Of a stretch of 64,000 bases of DNA, positions 18,113 to 28,003 are shown one piece after another (the first letter of the stretch is position 1; every line of letters starts with the position of its first letter). Below the pieces are notes generated by a model. It was not told the origin of the DNA, did no database searches, and saw only the letters and a list, made by a program, of their open reading frames with translations. Source of the stretch: Candidatus Magasanikiibacteriota bacterium (GTDB lineage: Bacteria > Patescibacteriota > Patescibacteriia > Magasanikbacterales > GWA2-37-8); the NCBI GenBank assembly GCA_041666265.1, contig JBAYHH010000001.1, positions 8,056 to 72,055 on the forward strand, in the 5' to 3' direction. The translations under genes and the position numbers were made by a program.

Positions 18113-19717
18113 ATGTATCATATTTCCCGAATAAAATCAATAATTAGCGTTTTTTTGATGGCGGTGTTTTTGGCACCGGTTTTTGCGCACGCCAAAACAC
18201 CAAACGACCCGCAATACCTCGATCAGTCGGAATTTTACGCGCAAATCAGCGCGCCGGACGCTTGGGATTATGCCACCGGCTCGTCCAAAGTCGTGATCGC
18301 GATCATCGACACCGGTATTGACTCGTGGCACGACGATCTCGCGACCAATGTTTGGGTTAATCCGTATGAAATTTCGGATAATGGCATCGACGACGACGGT
18401 AATGGTTTTATTGACGATATGCACGGTTGGAATTTTGTCGAAAATAACAACAATATTCGGCCGTCGGTTTTTGAAAATATCAATGATCCGGAAGCAGTCA
18501 GACACGGCACGATCGCGGCCGGATTGATCGGGGCGGTGGGCGACAATGGCAAAAATGGCGCCGGTCTCAATTGGCAGGTAAAAATTATGGCTTTGCGCGC
18601 GGTGGACAGCTCAGGGTCGGGTTCATATGATAGTATTTCGCAGGCCGTGGTTTATGCGGTCAAAAATGGTGCGAGCGTGATCAGTATGAGCGTGGTGGGC
18701 GAGGGGTTTGATGAAAATCTGAAAAAAATGATGCGTTGGGCGTATGACCAAGGGGTGGTGCTGGTCGCGGCCGCGGGTAATAATCGCTATGATGGCCGAG
18801 GCGATCTCGACACAAATCCGGTTTATCCGGCGTGTTTTGATAGTGGTGACCAAGAAAATTGGATCATCGGCGTGACAGCGGTCAATAAAAACGATCAATT
18901 AAGCCGATTCGCGGACTATGGTCAGTGCGCGGATATCGCCGCGCCCGGAGAAAAAATATATAGCATCGAACGCTACGCTCCCGACTATGGTTACAAGAAA
19001 AATTTTGGCGGACCCTGGCAGGGGACATCGTTTGCGACTCCGCTCGTGGCCGGTGCCGCCGGGTTGATCAAGTCTCTACATCCCGAATGGTCGGCCGGAA
19101 AAATAATTGAAACGATTTTAAATTTTGGCGATAATATTTCCGCCATCAATCAGAGTCTTGGTATTACCATGCCACCTCGGCTCAATGTCGGCACGGTTGT
19201 GAAGCAAGCATATTATTCGCGTTTGCCGGTCGAAAATATTTCTTATGGACTCACTGGAAATAATATTTGGATGACCACCGGTACCAAAAAAATTGATCTA
19301 ATTACAGTTTTAGACGCGCGTCCGATAAGTTTTGCCACTGAATACTTCACCGACAGTTGGTCGCCAGAATTCGCGGTCTTGATTTCTCGTCCGCCATTTT
19401 TGTATGTACAGTTATACAAAAACAACGGCCGTTACTGGCGCGAATTTTCTTTGCAGAATTCCAAAAACGCGCTTGGACAAAAAATCCTCGTTGGGCGCGA
19501 CCTCGATGGCCGGTCAATTTTGACGATATCTAAATATATCAGAAAAACCAATCAAACCGTGTGGGAAGTGTATGGTATGACCGGTGATTTGCTCCAAAAC
19601 GCCCGCTACAAAGGCGTGGTGAGCGATTGGCAGATGGCCCCCAATTACGCGGGAATCGACGCGAAAATCAAGGTTAAAGGTAAATTGACGACCAAGCGGG
19701 TGGGGTGGTATAATTAG
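18113..19717 (+). CDS. S8 family (subtilisin-like) serine peptidase
   Basis: D/H/S triad motifs (IIDTGID, HGTIAAG, GTSFATPLVAG). Signal peptide. The start could be 18158, because only 20 bp separate it from the divergent gene. Confidence 0.88.
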   Translation: MYHISRIKSIISVFLMAVFLAPVFAHAKTPNDPQYLDQSEFYAQISAPDAWDYATGSSKVVIAIIDTGIDSWHDDLATNVWVNPYEISDNGIDDDGNGFIDDMHGWNFVENNNNIRPSVFENINDPEAVRHGTIAAGLIGAVGDNGKNGAGLNWQVKIMALRAVDSSGSGSYDSISQAVVYAVKNGASVISMSVVGEGFDENLKKMMRWAYDQGVVLVAAAGNNRYDGRGDLDTNPVYPACFDSGDQENWIIGVTAVNKNDQLSRFADYGQCADIAAPGEKIYSIERYAPDYGYKKNFGGPWQGTSFATPLVAGAAGLIKSLHPEWSAGKIIETILNFGDNISAINQSLGITMPPRLNVGTVVKQAYYSRLPVENISYGLTGNNIWMTTGTKKIDLITVLDARPISFATEYFTDSWSPEFAVLISRPPFLYVQLYKNNGRYWREFSLQNSKNALGQKILVGRDLDGRSILTISKYIRKTNQTVWEVYGMTGDLLQNARYKGVVSDWQMAPNYAGIDAKIKVKGKLTTKRVGWYN

Positions 19718-19819
19718 GTCGAAGGTAGAAGGTTGTAGGTATTAGGCAAATACCTGTCGGCTTTTATCTTAGTTTTCAATAATTACGGCTAACACCTTTT
19801 ACCTTTAACCTATCACCTA
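19715..19819. repeat. inverted pair of AGGT heptad arrays (locus 3)
   Basis: Left array TAGGTCG AAGGTAG AAGGTTG TAGGTAT TAGGC. Right array 19790..19819 is in reverse-complement orientation (TAACACCTTTTACCTTTAACCTATCACCTA). Confidence 0.5.
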
Positions 19820-19822
19820 TTT

Positions 19823-20845
19823 ATGGACAATCAAATTTTTGAAAAAAAGAATGTGCTCGTCACCGGCGGAGCGGGATTTATCGGTTCGCATTTGTGCGAG
19901 CGGTTGCTCAAAGAAGCCAAGGTCATTTGTATCGATGATTTTTCTAATTCTCTTCCGCAAAACATTAACCACTTACTGCAATATCCGGATTTTGAATTTA
20001 TAAATTTCGACATTAACAAACCGATTGATTTGGAAAAATTTGTCGAGCTCGACAAATTTAAATTAAAGTATCAAGGCATTCAAGAAATTTATCATCTCGC
20101 TTGTCCGACCAGTCCCAAAGATTTTGAAAAATCCAAAATGCAAGCGCTGTGGGCGAATTCTTCGTCCATGATCAATACTCTTGATTTGGCTGTCCAATAC
20201 AAAGCGCGTTATGTGTTTACTTCAAGCGCGGTGGTTTATGGTCCGTCCACTCCGGCCAAAGCGGTATTCAAAGAAACCGATCTCGGGACTTTCAATCATT
20301 TGTCCGAACGCGCGTGTTTTGACGAGGGTAAACGATTTGCCGAGACTTGCGTCGAGACCTACGCGCAGGTGTATGGTATTGACGCCAAGATAGCGCGCGT
20401 GTTTACGACCTATGGCACGCGCATGCGCTTGTTTGAAAAACAATTGATTCCGGATTTTATTATGAGCGCGCTCAATGGCGATGATTTGGTGATTTATGGA
20501 GAAAAAAATTTCGCGACTTCGCTTTGCTATGTCAGCGATGTGGTAGATGGACTGGTGCGTTTGATGTCGGCCGGACCGGAAGTGCGGTTGGTGAATTTGG
20601 GCGGCGATGAATCATTTAAATACAGCGAAGTGGCCGAGATGATTATCAAATTAACCAATTCCAAATCCAAATTAGTATTTGAAAAAGGGATACTGTTTTT
20701 GACGCCCAAAGGAATCCCAAATATTGCCGTGGCCAAAGATGCGCTTGGTTGGATGCCGATTGTGCGAATCAAGGATGGACTCCAACGCGCCATCGATTAT
20801 GTATCGGCCAATAAAGAAGCGCTCGTGATGGCCGCGAAAAAATAA
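19823..20845 (+). CDS. NAD-dependent epimerase/dehydratase (extended SDR; UDP-sugar epimerase or decarboxylase family)
   Basis: Rossmann motif VLVTGGAGFIGSHL. YxxxK downstream. About 340 aa. Confidence 0.85.
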   Translation: MDNQIFEKKNVLVTGGAGFIGSHLCERLLKEAKVICIDDFSNSLPQNINHLLQYPDFEFINFDINKPIDLEKFVELDKFKLKYQGIQEIYHLACPTSPKDFEKSKMQALWANSSSMINTLDLAVQYKARYVFTSSAVVYGPSTPAKAVFKETDLGTFNHLSERACFDEGKRFAETCVETYAQVYGIDAKIARVFTTYGTRMRLFEKQLIPDFIMSALNGDDLVIYGEKNFATSLCYVSDVVDGLVRLMSAGPEVRLVNLGGDESFKYSEVAEMIIKLTNSKSKLVFEKGILFLTPKGIPNIAVAKDALGWMPIVRIKDGLQRAIDYVSANKEALVMAAKK

Positions 20846-20846
20846 T

Positions 20847-21509
20847 ATGATTTTGGTCGTCGTGCCCGCCCACAATGAAGCCAAACAAATCGGTCGCGTG
20901 GTGCGCGGCCTTTTTGAACACGGTTGGAAAGATATCGTCGTGATTGACGACGGCTCGACCGATGATACCGCCGGCGAGGCCACGCGCGCGGGCGCGAAGG
21001 TATTGACGCATGTGATTAATCGCGGGCAGGGGGCGGCGCTACAAACCGGTGATGAATACGCGCGTGCTATCGGGGCCGAGATAGTGGTGCATTTTGACGG
21101 CGACGATCAGATGAATCCCGGTGATATCGGTCCGGCGATTGATGTTTTGAAAAACAACAGCGCTGATGTATTGGTTGGTTCGAGATTCTTGGATGTGCGT
21201 TCTCGTTTGCCGTGGTCAAAAAAATATTTACTTTTGCCGATTTCGCGTTTGATCAATTATTTGTTCACTGGAGTTTGGATGAGCGACGCGCACAATGGCT
21301 TTCGGATTCTAAATTCGCGCGCGCTCGCGGTGATCACGATTCGTCAAGATGGCATGGCGCACAACACCGAGATCATTTGTCAGGTCAAAAAACATCATTT
21401 GAAATTAATCGAGTTTCCGGTCGAGGTGCGCTACCATGAATACGGACAGGGGATCGGGGGCGGGGTGCGCATCATCACTGATTTGATTAAAGAACTAATG
21501 ATGCGGTGA
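20847..21509 (+). CDS. glycosyltransferase family 2 (polyprenyl-phosphate sugar synthase-like)
   Basis: VVVPAHNEAKQI...VIDDGSTDDT is a GT2 N-terminus. DxD region present. Confidence 0.85.
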   Translation: MILVVVPAHNEAKQIGRVVRGLFEHGWKDIVVIDDGSTDDTAGEATRAGAKVLTHVINRGQGAALQTGDEYARAIGAEIVVHFDGDDQMNPGDIGPAIDVLKNNSADVLVGSRFLDVRSRLPWSKKYLLLPISRLINYLFTGVWMSDAHNGFRILNSRALAVITIRQDGMAHNTEIICQVKKHHLKLIEFPVEVRYHEYGQGIGGGVRIITDLIKELMMR

Positions 21510-21615
21510 AAATTATAAATATTAAATTACAAATCCCAAATAAATATCAGATCTCAAATTTTAAAAACGAATCGATTTTGATATTTGTAATTTGAAATTT
21601 TGAATTTAATTTTCT

Positions 21616-21951
21616 ATGCTATTGATTCAAATTTTGTTAATTATATTCTTTTTTTTCGCGATTATCAAAGTATTTGCTCGTTATCGTAGCGGCGATGTGG
21701 CGATAGGCGCATTTATATTTTGGACCGCTTTGTGGGTAGGCGCCGGTGTTGTTGTTTGGAAACCCGATCTTACCATGCCAATGGCGCGTTGGTTTGGCAT
21801 CGGGCGCGGGACAGATCTCGTGGTTTACGCTTCGATCGCGCTATTATTTTACTTATTTTTTCGTCTGATGGTCAAGGTGGAAAAAATTAACAAAAATATT
21901 ACGAAAATCGCGCGAAAAATCGCGTTGGATGACGGTGATTTAAATAAATAA
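21616..21951 (+). CDS. small integral membrane protein (DUF2304-like, GT2-associated)
   Basis: 111 aa with 3-4 TM segments, directly downstream of the GT2 gene. Confidence 0.5.
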   Translation: MLLIQILLIIFFFFAIIKVFARYRSGDVAIGAFIFWTALWVGAGVVVWKPDLTMPMARWFGIGRGTDLVVYASIALLFYLFFRLMVKVEKINKNITKIARKIALDDGDLNK

Positions 21952-22027
21952 CTTATCCACTTGACTCAAGTGGGGGGTATGGTAAAATTAACCCATCAAA
22001 CAGAAATTTATTCCTAATTTTTTATTT

Positions 22028-22867
22028 ATGTCGGAAGAAAAGAAATCGTTTTTTGCTTCGCTTGAACCCAAAAGCGCTGTTATTGTTGGATTGGTGGCCG
22101 GAGTTTTAGTTATTTGTTCGGTCGGTTTTTTGGTAATGCTCGGCATGTATTTTTCGAAATCAGGTAATAGTATTATTGATAAAAGCGATGCTCCGGCAGA
22201 TGATGTAGCCGACAATCCGGCAGATGCCGCGCCGGTCGTGCAGGCGCCGAAGTCCGACAAACCGGTGGTTGAGTTATTTGTAATGTCTTATTGTCCGTAT
22301 GGCCTCCAAATGCAAAAGGCTTTTACTCCCGTGATGAAATTATTGGGTAGCAAGGCTGATATGAGCATCAAATTTGTATCATACGCCATGCACGGCCAAA
22401 AAGAAGTCGAAGAGAATACTCGTCAATATTGTATTGAAAGCGAACAGCCGGCAAAATTTATTGCCTATGTTGATTGTTTTTCCGTTAGTAGCGACTCGGT
22501 AGCATGTCAAAAAACTGTCGGTATCAACGAAAGTAAGATGAATGCCTGTGTGGACAAAACCAACAAGCAATTCAAGACCATGGAGTTATTCAACGATCAA
22601 AGCACTTGGCTTTCCGGTCAATATCCGCAATACCCGGTTCACGCCAGTTTAAATGAAAAATATGGTGTTCAAGGTTCTCCCACTCTCGTGATCAATGGCG
22701 CTCAAGTGGAATCAAATCGTTCTGCTGAAGCTATCAAGACGGTTGTGTGTGAGGCTTTTAATAATAAGCCGGCAGAGTGTTCGCAAACACTTAGCACCGC
22801 TTCCGCCTCGGCCGGATTTGGCGCCGGCACCGGCGCTGATACCGCCGGCGCAGAGTGTGGACCGTAA
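22028..22867 (+). CDS. membrane-anchored thioredoxin-fold protein (DsbA-like)
   Basis: N-terminal TM. VMSYCPYG active-site-like motif. Downstream region of thioredoxin-fold size. G/A-rich tail. Confidence 0.5.
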   Translation: MSEEKKSFFASLEPKSAVIVGLVAGVLVICSVGFLVMLGMYFSKSGNSIIDKSDAPADDVADNPADAAPVVQAPKSDKPVVELFVMSYCPYGLQMQKAFTPVMKLLGSKADMSIKFVSYAMHGQKEVEENTRQYCIESEQPAKFIAYVDCFSVSSDSVACQKTVGINESKMNACVDKTNKQFKTMELFNDQSTWLSGQYPQYPVHASLNEKYGVQGSPTLVINGAQVESNRSAEAIKTVVCEAFNNKPAECSQTLSTASASAGFGAGTGADTAGAECGP

Positions 22868-22889
22868 TTTAATTCAGTAATTAAATGGT

Positions 22890-23201
22890 ATGGGCAATTT
22901 CAAAAAAGGATTATTCCTTGGTGGATTACTCGGTGCCGGCATGATGTGGCTTAATGCCACTCCCAAAGGCCGTGAAATGCGCGCTAAATTAGTGGAGCAC
23001 CTCAATCCGCTTTATATCGAGCTCAAAGAAAGCATTAAACAACTTGAAGGCCCTACTCGTGAAATGTATGAGGCGCTCGTTGATCGCGCGGTCGAAGAAT
23101 ATTCCGCCAAAAAGGAAATGGCCGATGAAATGAAGGCGGTGCTTATCAAAAAACTCAAATGTAAATGGAAGGACTTGGAAAAAGAGTTGAAGAAAAAATA
23201 A
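22890..23201 (+). CDS. YtxH-like small protein
   Basis: N-terminal glycine-zipper (GLFLGGLLGAGMMWLNATPKGRE) followed by a charged helix, as in YtxH/DUF948 proteins. Confidence 0.55.
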   Translation: MGNFKKGLFLGGLLGAGMMWLNATPKGREMRAKLVEHLNPLYIELKESIKQLEGPTREMYEALVDRAVEEYSAKKEMADEMKAVLIKKLKCKWKDLEKELKKK

Positions 23202-23216
23202 CCGATCTCTTAAAAT

Positions 23217-23322
23217 AAAACCAGCATTACAGATAATCTTTTCGCTTTCCTCGACCGCGAGGTCTCGGGGATGGTCCTGTGGGACCATAACCCGCTCAAA
23301 GAATATCTGTCATGCTGGTTTT
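23217..23322 (+). repeat. conserved structured intergenic element, copy 2
   Basis: Outer stem AAAACCAGCATTACAGATA / TATCTGTCATGCTGGTTTT. Core has CCTCGACCGCGAGG and ATGGTCC-TGTG-GGACCAT. Followed by a U-run and a partial duplicate of the right arm (ATATCTGTC at 23332-23340). Confidence 0.7.
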
Positions 23323-23448
23323 TCATTTAAAATATCTGTCCGGCTGTTTTTAAATACACAAAAAATTGGCCTTTGATAATGTATTTTCAGCACTCTACGA
23401 GCGAAGCGAGCTTGGCTGAAAATATATTATCTAAGGCCAATTATTAAA

Positions 23449-25263
23449 TTAGATAGTTTTTTTAATGTCGGTTATTTTTAGTTCCAGTTCACGGTTGCCG
23501 TTCCATTCATTGACGCCGACCGTGAAAGCGAGATCGATTTTGTCACCCGGTTTGAGATTTTTCTTCCAATCAGAAGGATGGCGATTGCTATCTCCAAATC
23601 CAAAGGCGATAGTTTTACGCACGGTGTGAGAGTTGTGTTTTACCATCAGGCGAAGGTGTTTACCGTTTTGGCCGATGGGGTCGGCGGAAATCAAAGTGAG
23701 ATCGCGCGCGCCATATACCGGCTCCTCGTTATTCATCCCAAATGGTTCGAATTTTTGTAGTAAATCGTAAAGTTTCCAGTTGACATCCTCGAGGTTCACT
23801 TCGGCATCAATATTAATTTGTGGCACCAGTTCGACGCCTGTCAGCAAAGTTTCAGCACGGGCCATTATGGCAGATTTGAATTTTTCCAAAGTTTGTTCGT
23901 CTTTGATCGATAATCCCGCTGCTTGCGGATGTCCGCCAAATTTAAGAAAATATTCCGGCATGCTCTGCAAAGCCTCGATTAAATTAAATTCGGAGATACT
24001 ACGGCCACTGCCGACAATTTCTTTGTCGGCGTTGAGTCCGAGGGCGAGCGCCGGTTTGTAAAATTCATCCTTAAGTCGTCCCGACACCAATCCCAAAATT
24101 CCGGTTGGCCATGACGGGTCAAACGCAAATAGTACCGGATTATTTTTTTGGTCCGAATTAATGATTTGTTCACGCGCCGCGGTCAAAATTTGATCGGTTA
24201 ATTTTTGGCGGTCAGTGTTATTTTTATTTAGTTGTTCAGCCAATATTTTCGCCTCTTCGACACCTTCGCTCATCAAAAGCGCCAGGGCGGTATTGGCGTG
24301 ATCCATGCGTCCGGCGGCATTGAGACGGGGAACGATTTGAAATCCAACCGCGTGCGTGTCGATTGGTCCGCGTTTTTGTTTGCCATTTTCGTCCAGAATT
24401 CCGGCGTTAATCATGAGTTCGCGCAGTCCCAGATTTTTGGTTTTATTGAGGACGGTGAGCCCGTAGCGGGTGAGAGTGCGACTTTCACCAATGAGAGGCA
24501 CCATATCTCCGACAGTGGCGATCGCGACCAAATCGAGCATCCATTTTTCAAATCCTTCGCACGATTCACCAGTGGCGGTTTTGCCTTCAGTCGCCGGGCA
24601 GTGCTTTTGCAGTAGAGCTTGTGCCAGTTTAAAAGCCACGCCCGCTCCACATAATCCCTGGTCGGGATAAGTTTCACCCGGTAATTTGGGATGGATCACT
24701 GCGTCTGCCGGGGGCATCGCCGAGGGAATTGCATGGTGATCAGTGACGACCACCCGCATTCCGAGATCTTTGGCCAGTTTGATTTCTTCCAAATTACTGA
24801 CACCGCAATCACAGGTAATGATTAAATCGGTTTTGTGTTTTTCCTTCAGATGCTTGACCGTATTTTTATTCACTCCATAACCATCAATTTCGCGATGGGG
24901 AAGAAAAACGCGCGTGCCTTCCATATTTTCGGCAGTTACAAATGGCTTGGCGCCGAGCGCAAGCAAGGTATTTACCAAAATAGTGCTCGCGCAGACGCCA
25001 TCGGCATCATAGTCGCCATGTACAGTGATATTTTTTTGGTTTTGAATAGCTTCAAAAATAATCGCCACGGCTTTTTCCATGTCGCGAAATAAAAACGGAT
25101 CATGAATATCGCTCGTATAATCCGGATTTAAAAATTCGTCAATCAGTTCCGGCGTGCGAATATCGCGATTCCAAAGTAGGCGCGCCACAATCGGCGGCAG
25201 TTCGGGGTGAATAGATATAAAATCCGCCGGCGGGGCGGGTGGGATGATCCATTTTTTCGACAT
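23449..25263 (-). CDS. recJ: single-stranded-DNA-specific exonuclease RecJ
   Basis: DHH motifs (VHGDYDADG, VVTDHH), DHHA1 (GGH), C-terminal OB-like region. ORF extends to 25326; ATG at 25261-25263 (MSKKWIIPP) is preferred. Confidence 0.9.
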   Translation of the reverse strand: MSKKWIIPPAPPADFISIHPELPPIVARLLWNRDIRTPELIDEFLNPDYTSDIHDPFLFRDMEKAVAIIFEAIQNQKNITVHGDYDADGVCASTILVNTLLALGAKPFVTAENMEGTRVFLPHREIDGYGVNKNTVKHLKEKHKTDLIITCDCGVSNLEEIKLAKDLGMRVVVTDHHAIPSAMPPADAVIHPKLPGETYPDQGLCGAGVAFKLAQALLQKHCPATEGKTATGESCEGFEKWMLDLVAIATVGDMVPLIGESRTLTRYGLTVLNKTKNLGLRELMINAGILDENGKQKRGPIDTHAVGFQIVPRLNAAGRMDHANTALALLMSEGVEEAKILAEQLNKNNTDRQKLTDQILTAAREQIINSDQKNNPVLFAFDPSWPTGILGLVSGRLKDEFYKPALALGLNADKEIVGSGRSISEFNLIEALQSMPEYFLKFGGHPQAAGLSIKDEQTLEKFKSAIMARAETLLTGVELVPQINIDAEVNLEDVNWKLYDLLQKFEPFGMNNEEPVYGARDLTLISADPIGQNGKHLRLMVKHNSHTVRKTIAFGFGDSNRHPSDWKKNLKPGDKIDLAFTVGVNEWNGNRELELKITDIKKTI

Positions 25264-25280
25264 ACCAGAACAAATAGAAT

Positions 25281-25673
25281 TTATTTTTTTAAAAGTCCGT
25301 GCAGGCCAATGGCCCGAAAATCCCAATAACTATCGGCGAGAAAGATGGTAAAAGCTAAAAATAAAGCGTTGATCGACCAGTAGTCGGAAGCGGGGATGGG
25401 CGAGCTATATGACGCGAATACCATCACTCCGAGCGCGATCCAGTAAAATAACGATTTACCGGTAAGGGTGCGTCGATCCGACAGCACGACAGTGGCGCGC
25501 ACGCGCAAAAGTCCGGTAATATAAATAATCAAAATCGGTATCGCAATCAACCATTCATAACGATGCGGATCAACCCCGATAAATTTGAAGAAATAAAACA
25601 ACGCCCAAACTAAAAGCAAAAATGCGAAAAATAAAAAAACTATATCGAGCTGATACTTGCGTAATATTTGCAT
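25281..25673 (-). CDS. hypothetical integral membrane protein
   Basis: 130-aa ORF with 4 predicted TM segments. Confidence 0.45.
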   Translation of the reverse strand: MQILRKYQLDIVFLFFAFLLLVWALFYFFKFIGVDPHRYEWLIAIPILIIYITGLLRVRATVVLSDRRTLTGKSLFYWIALGVMVFASYSSPIPASDYWSINALFLAFTIFLADSYWDFRAIGLHGLLKK

Positions 25674-25807
25674 ATTATTGAAAAGCCGGCGCGATGGTAA
25701 ATAAAATCATGGCAAAAATGCCGATAATCGCCACCAATGCCCAGAGAGACTTAATAGTTTTGTGACGCATAATATTGCATGATAATTACAATGATAGTAG
25801 TGAGCGA

Positions 25808-25870
25808 GTGTTTAATTTGTCTATAAAGCGACACTGCGAAGCATAAGGAGCGTATAGACAAATTAAACAC
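25808..25870 (-). terminator. long perfect inverted repeat downstream of lepA (18-bp stem, 27-nt loop)
   Basis: GTGTTTAATTTGTCTATA (25808-25825) and TATAGACAAATTAAACAC (25853-25870). Confidence 0.45.
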
Positions 25871-25885
25871 GAGCGAAAACTACAT

Positions 25886-27697
25886 TTATCTCTTGAGTAC
25901 CGCCAGATAAGTCTCGGCCGGAATATCCACTTTGCCATGCGATTTCATGCGCGCTTTGCCTTTTTTCTGCTTCTGGAGCAATTTCATTTTACGCGTATAA
26001 TCGCCACCCGACATTTTAGCGAGAACATCTTTGCGCAAGGCCGATAGGTGTTCGGAAGCGATAATTTTTCCACCCACTGATGCTTGTAATTTTACCATAA
26101 ATTGCTGTTTTGGTAAACTCTCTTTGAGCGATTCGACGATTTTTTTGCCAGTCTTAAACGCTTCGTCTCGCCAAACCAAAGTCGACAATTCTTCCACCAA
26201 ATCCTCCGCCACATAAATATCTAATTTTACCACATCGGTGCTCGCGTAATTCATGTATTCGTAGTTCATCGACGCGTAGCCGCTGGTCACGGTTTTTAGT
26301 TTATCGTAAAAATCCGTCACGAGCGATGCCAATGGAATTTCGTAGTGTAAAAGCGCGCGTTGATCCGCGCCAGCTGACAAATATTCGGTATTCACATATC
26401 GTCCCTGGCGTTCACTGACAAGCGCCATCACATTGCCGACAAAATCCTTGGGGGTGATAATATCCAATGTCATCCAGGGTTCCTCGATGCTTTTGACGCG
26501 CACCGGATCGGGCATGTTTTGCGCGCTTTTAACGACTAATTGTTCATCGTTGGTCTTGGTAACTTTGTAGGCGACACTCGGCACGGTGATGATGATGTCG
26601 AGATCGTGTTCACGGCGAATGCGCTCTTGAAAAATATCCAAATGCAACATGCCAAGGAATCCGCATCGAAAACCAAACCCGAGAGCATGGGAATGCTCGG
26701 GCTCAAACGACAGCGCCGAGTCGCTTAATTTCAGTTTCTCGATCGCGTCGCGCAAATCCTCGTAGCCGTCTCCTTCTTTGGGAAAAATTCCGGCAAATAC
26801 CATTGATTTTACTTCTTTGTACCCCGGTAATTCGACGCCGGCTGTTCCGCGACTATGCTCTTTGTCGTAATTGGTAATCGTGTCGCCGACGCGGCAGTCG
26901 CGCACATCTTTGAGGCCGGTGACAACATAGCCGATTTCGCCATTATTTATTTGTTCGGTCGGATGAAATTTGGGCGCGTAATATCCCACTTCAAGAGCTT
27001 CGGCCGGGGAGTGGGTGCTCATTAAAAAAATCTTGTCATTTTTTTTGAGTATCCCGTCGGTCACGCGTACTGCCGCCACTACTCCGCGATACTCATCGTA
27101 TGAAGAGTCAAAAATTAAGGCGCGCAAGGGAGCGGAAACATTGTCTTGAGGAGGCGGTACGCGCTCTACGACCGCGCGCAAAATTTCATCCACGCCCGAG
27201 CCGGTCTTGCCCGACGCTAAAATGATTTCGTCTTCCTTGCATCCCAATAAATGAATAATTTCCGCTTTGGTTTTTTCCACATTGGCGATCGGCATGTCGA
27301 TCTTATTGATTACCGGAATGATGGTCAGATTTTGTTCGAGTGCCAGATACAAATTGCCGATTGTCTGAGCCTGCACGCCTTGGGTGGCGTCGACGAGTAA
27401 AATCGCGCCTTCCACAGCCGCGAGCGAGCGCGACACTTCATAGTTAAAATCCACATGGCCGGGAGTGTCGATTAAGTTTAGGGTATAGGTATGAGGTGTA
27501 AGGTTGTAGGTCATGCGAACCGGTGTGAGTTTAATGGTGATTCCGCGTTCGCGTTCGAGATCCATGCTGTCCAACAGTTGCGCCTTCATATCGCGTTTGG
27601 CCACCGTGCCGGTTAATTCCAAAAAACGATCCGCAAGGGTCGATTTGCCGTGGTCGATATGGGCGATAATGCAAAAATTTCTGATTAGAGAATTCAT
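25886..27697 (-). CDS. lepA: elongation factor 4 (LepA)
   Basis: GTP-binding motifs (AHIDHGKST, DTPGHVDF, NKID) and the LepA-specific C-terminal domain. 603 aa. Confidence 0.96.
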   Translation of the reverse strand: MNSLIRNFCIIAHIDHGKSTLADRFLELTGTVAKRDMKAQLLDSMDLERERGITIKLTPVRMTYNLTPHTYTLNLIDTPGHVDFNYEVSRSLAAVEGAILLVDATQGVQAQTIGNLYLALEQNLTIIPVINKIDMPIANVEKTKAEIIHLLGCKEDEIILASGKTGSGVDEILRAVVERVPPPQDNVSAPLRALIFDSSYDEYRGVVAAVRVTDGILKKNDKIFLMSTHSPAEALEVGYYAPKFHPTEQINNGEIGYVVTGLKDVRDCRVGDTITNYDKEHSRGTAGVELPGYKEVKSMVFAGIFPKEGDGYEDLRDAIEKLKLSDSALSFEPEHSHALGFGFRCGFLGMLHLDIFQERIRREHDLDIIITVPSVAYKVTKTNDEQLVVKSAQNMPDPVRVKSIEEPWMTLDIITPKDFVGNVMALVSERQGRYVNTEYLSAGADQRALLHYEIPLASLVTDFYDKLKTVTSGYASMNYEYMNYASTDVVKLDIYVAEDLVEELSTLVWRDEAFKTGKKIVESLKESLPKQQFMVKLQASVGGKIIASEHLSALRKDVLAKMSGGDYTRKMKLLQKQKKGKARMKSHGKVDIPAETYLAVLKR

Positions 27698-28003
27698 GTT
27701 GACAATTATGTTGATTTGCGCTATATTTTTAATCAGTTGTCTATCAGGAGGTGATAAATGGAAACGCTTTATCTTAATATTCAGTTAGCTATTCTATCGT
27801 TCGTTTTATTAGATCTTATTTTTGCTTTCGTGGTCGCAACGGCCATTGAAAGTGAAATTCAAGATCTCCGTCGCCCGCTCCAAAAGGAGGATGGTGGCGG
27901 TGATTGCTTCATGACCACTCATTTTGATGAGGGTGGTGATGAAGATAGGTGGGGTGATTAAGCCGCCTACTCATTATAACACCGGCGACTGTTCGCCGGT
28001 TTT

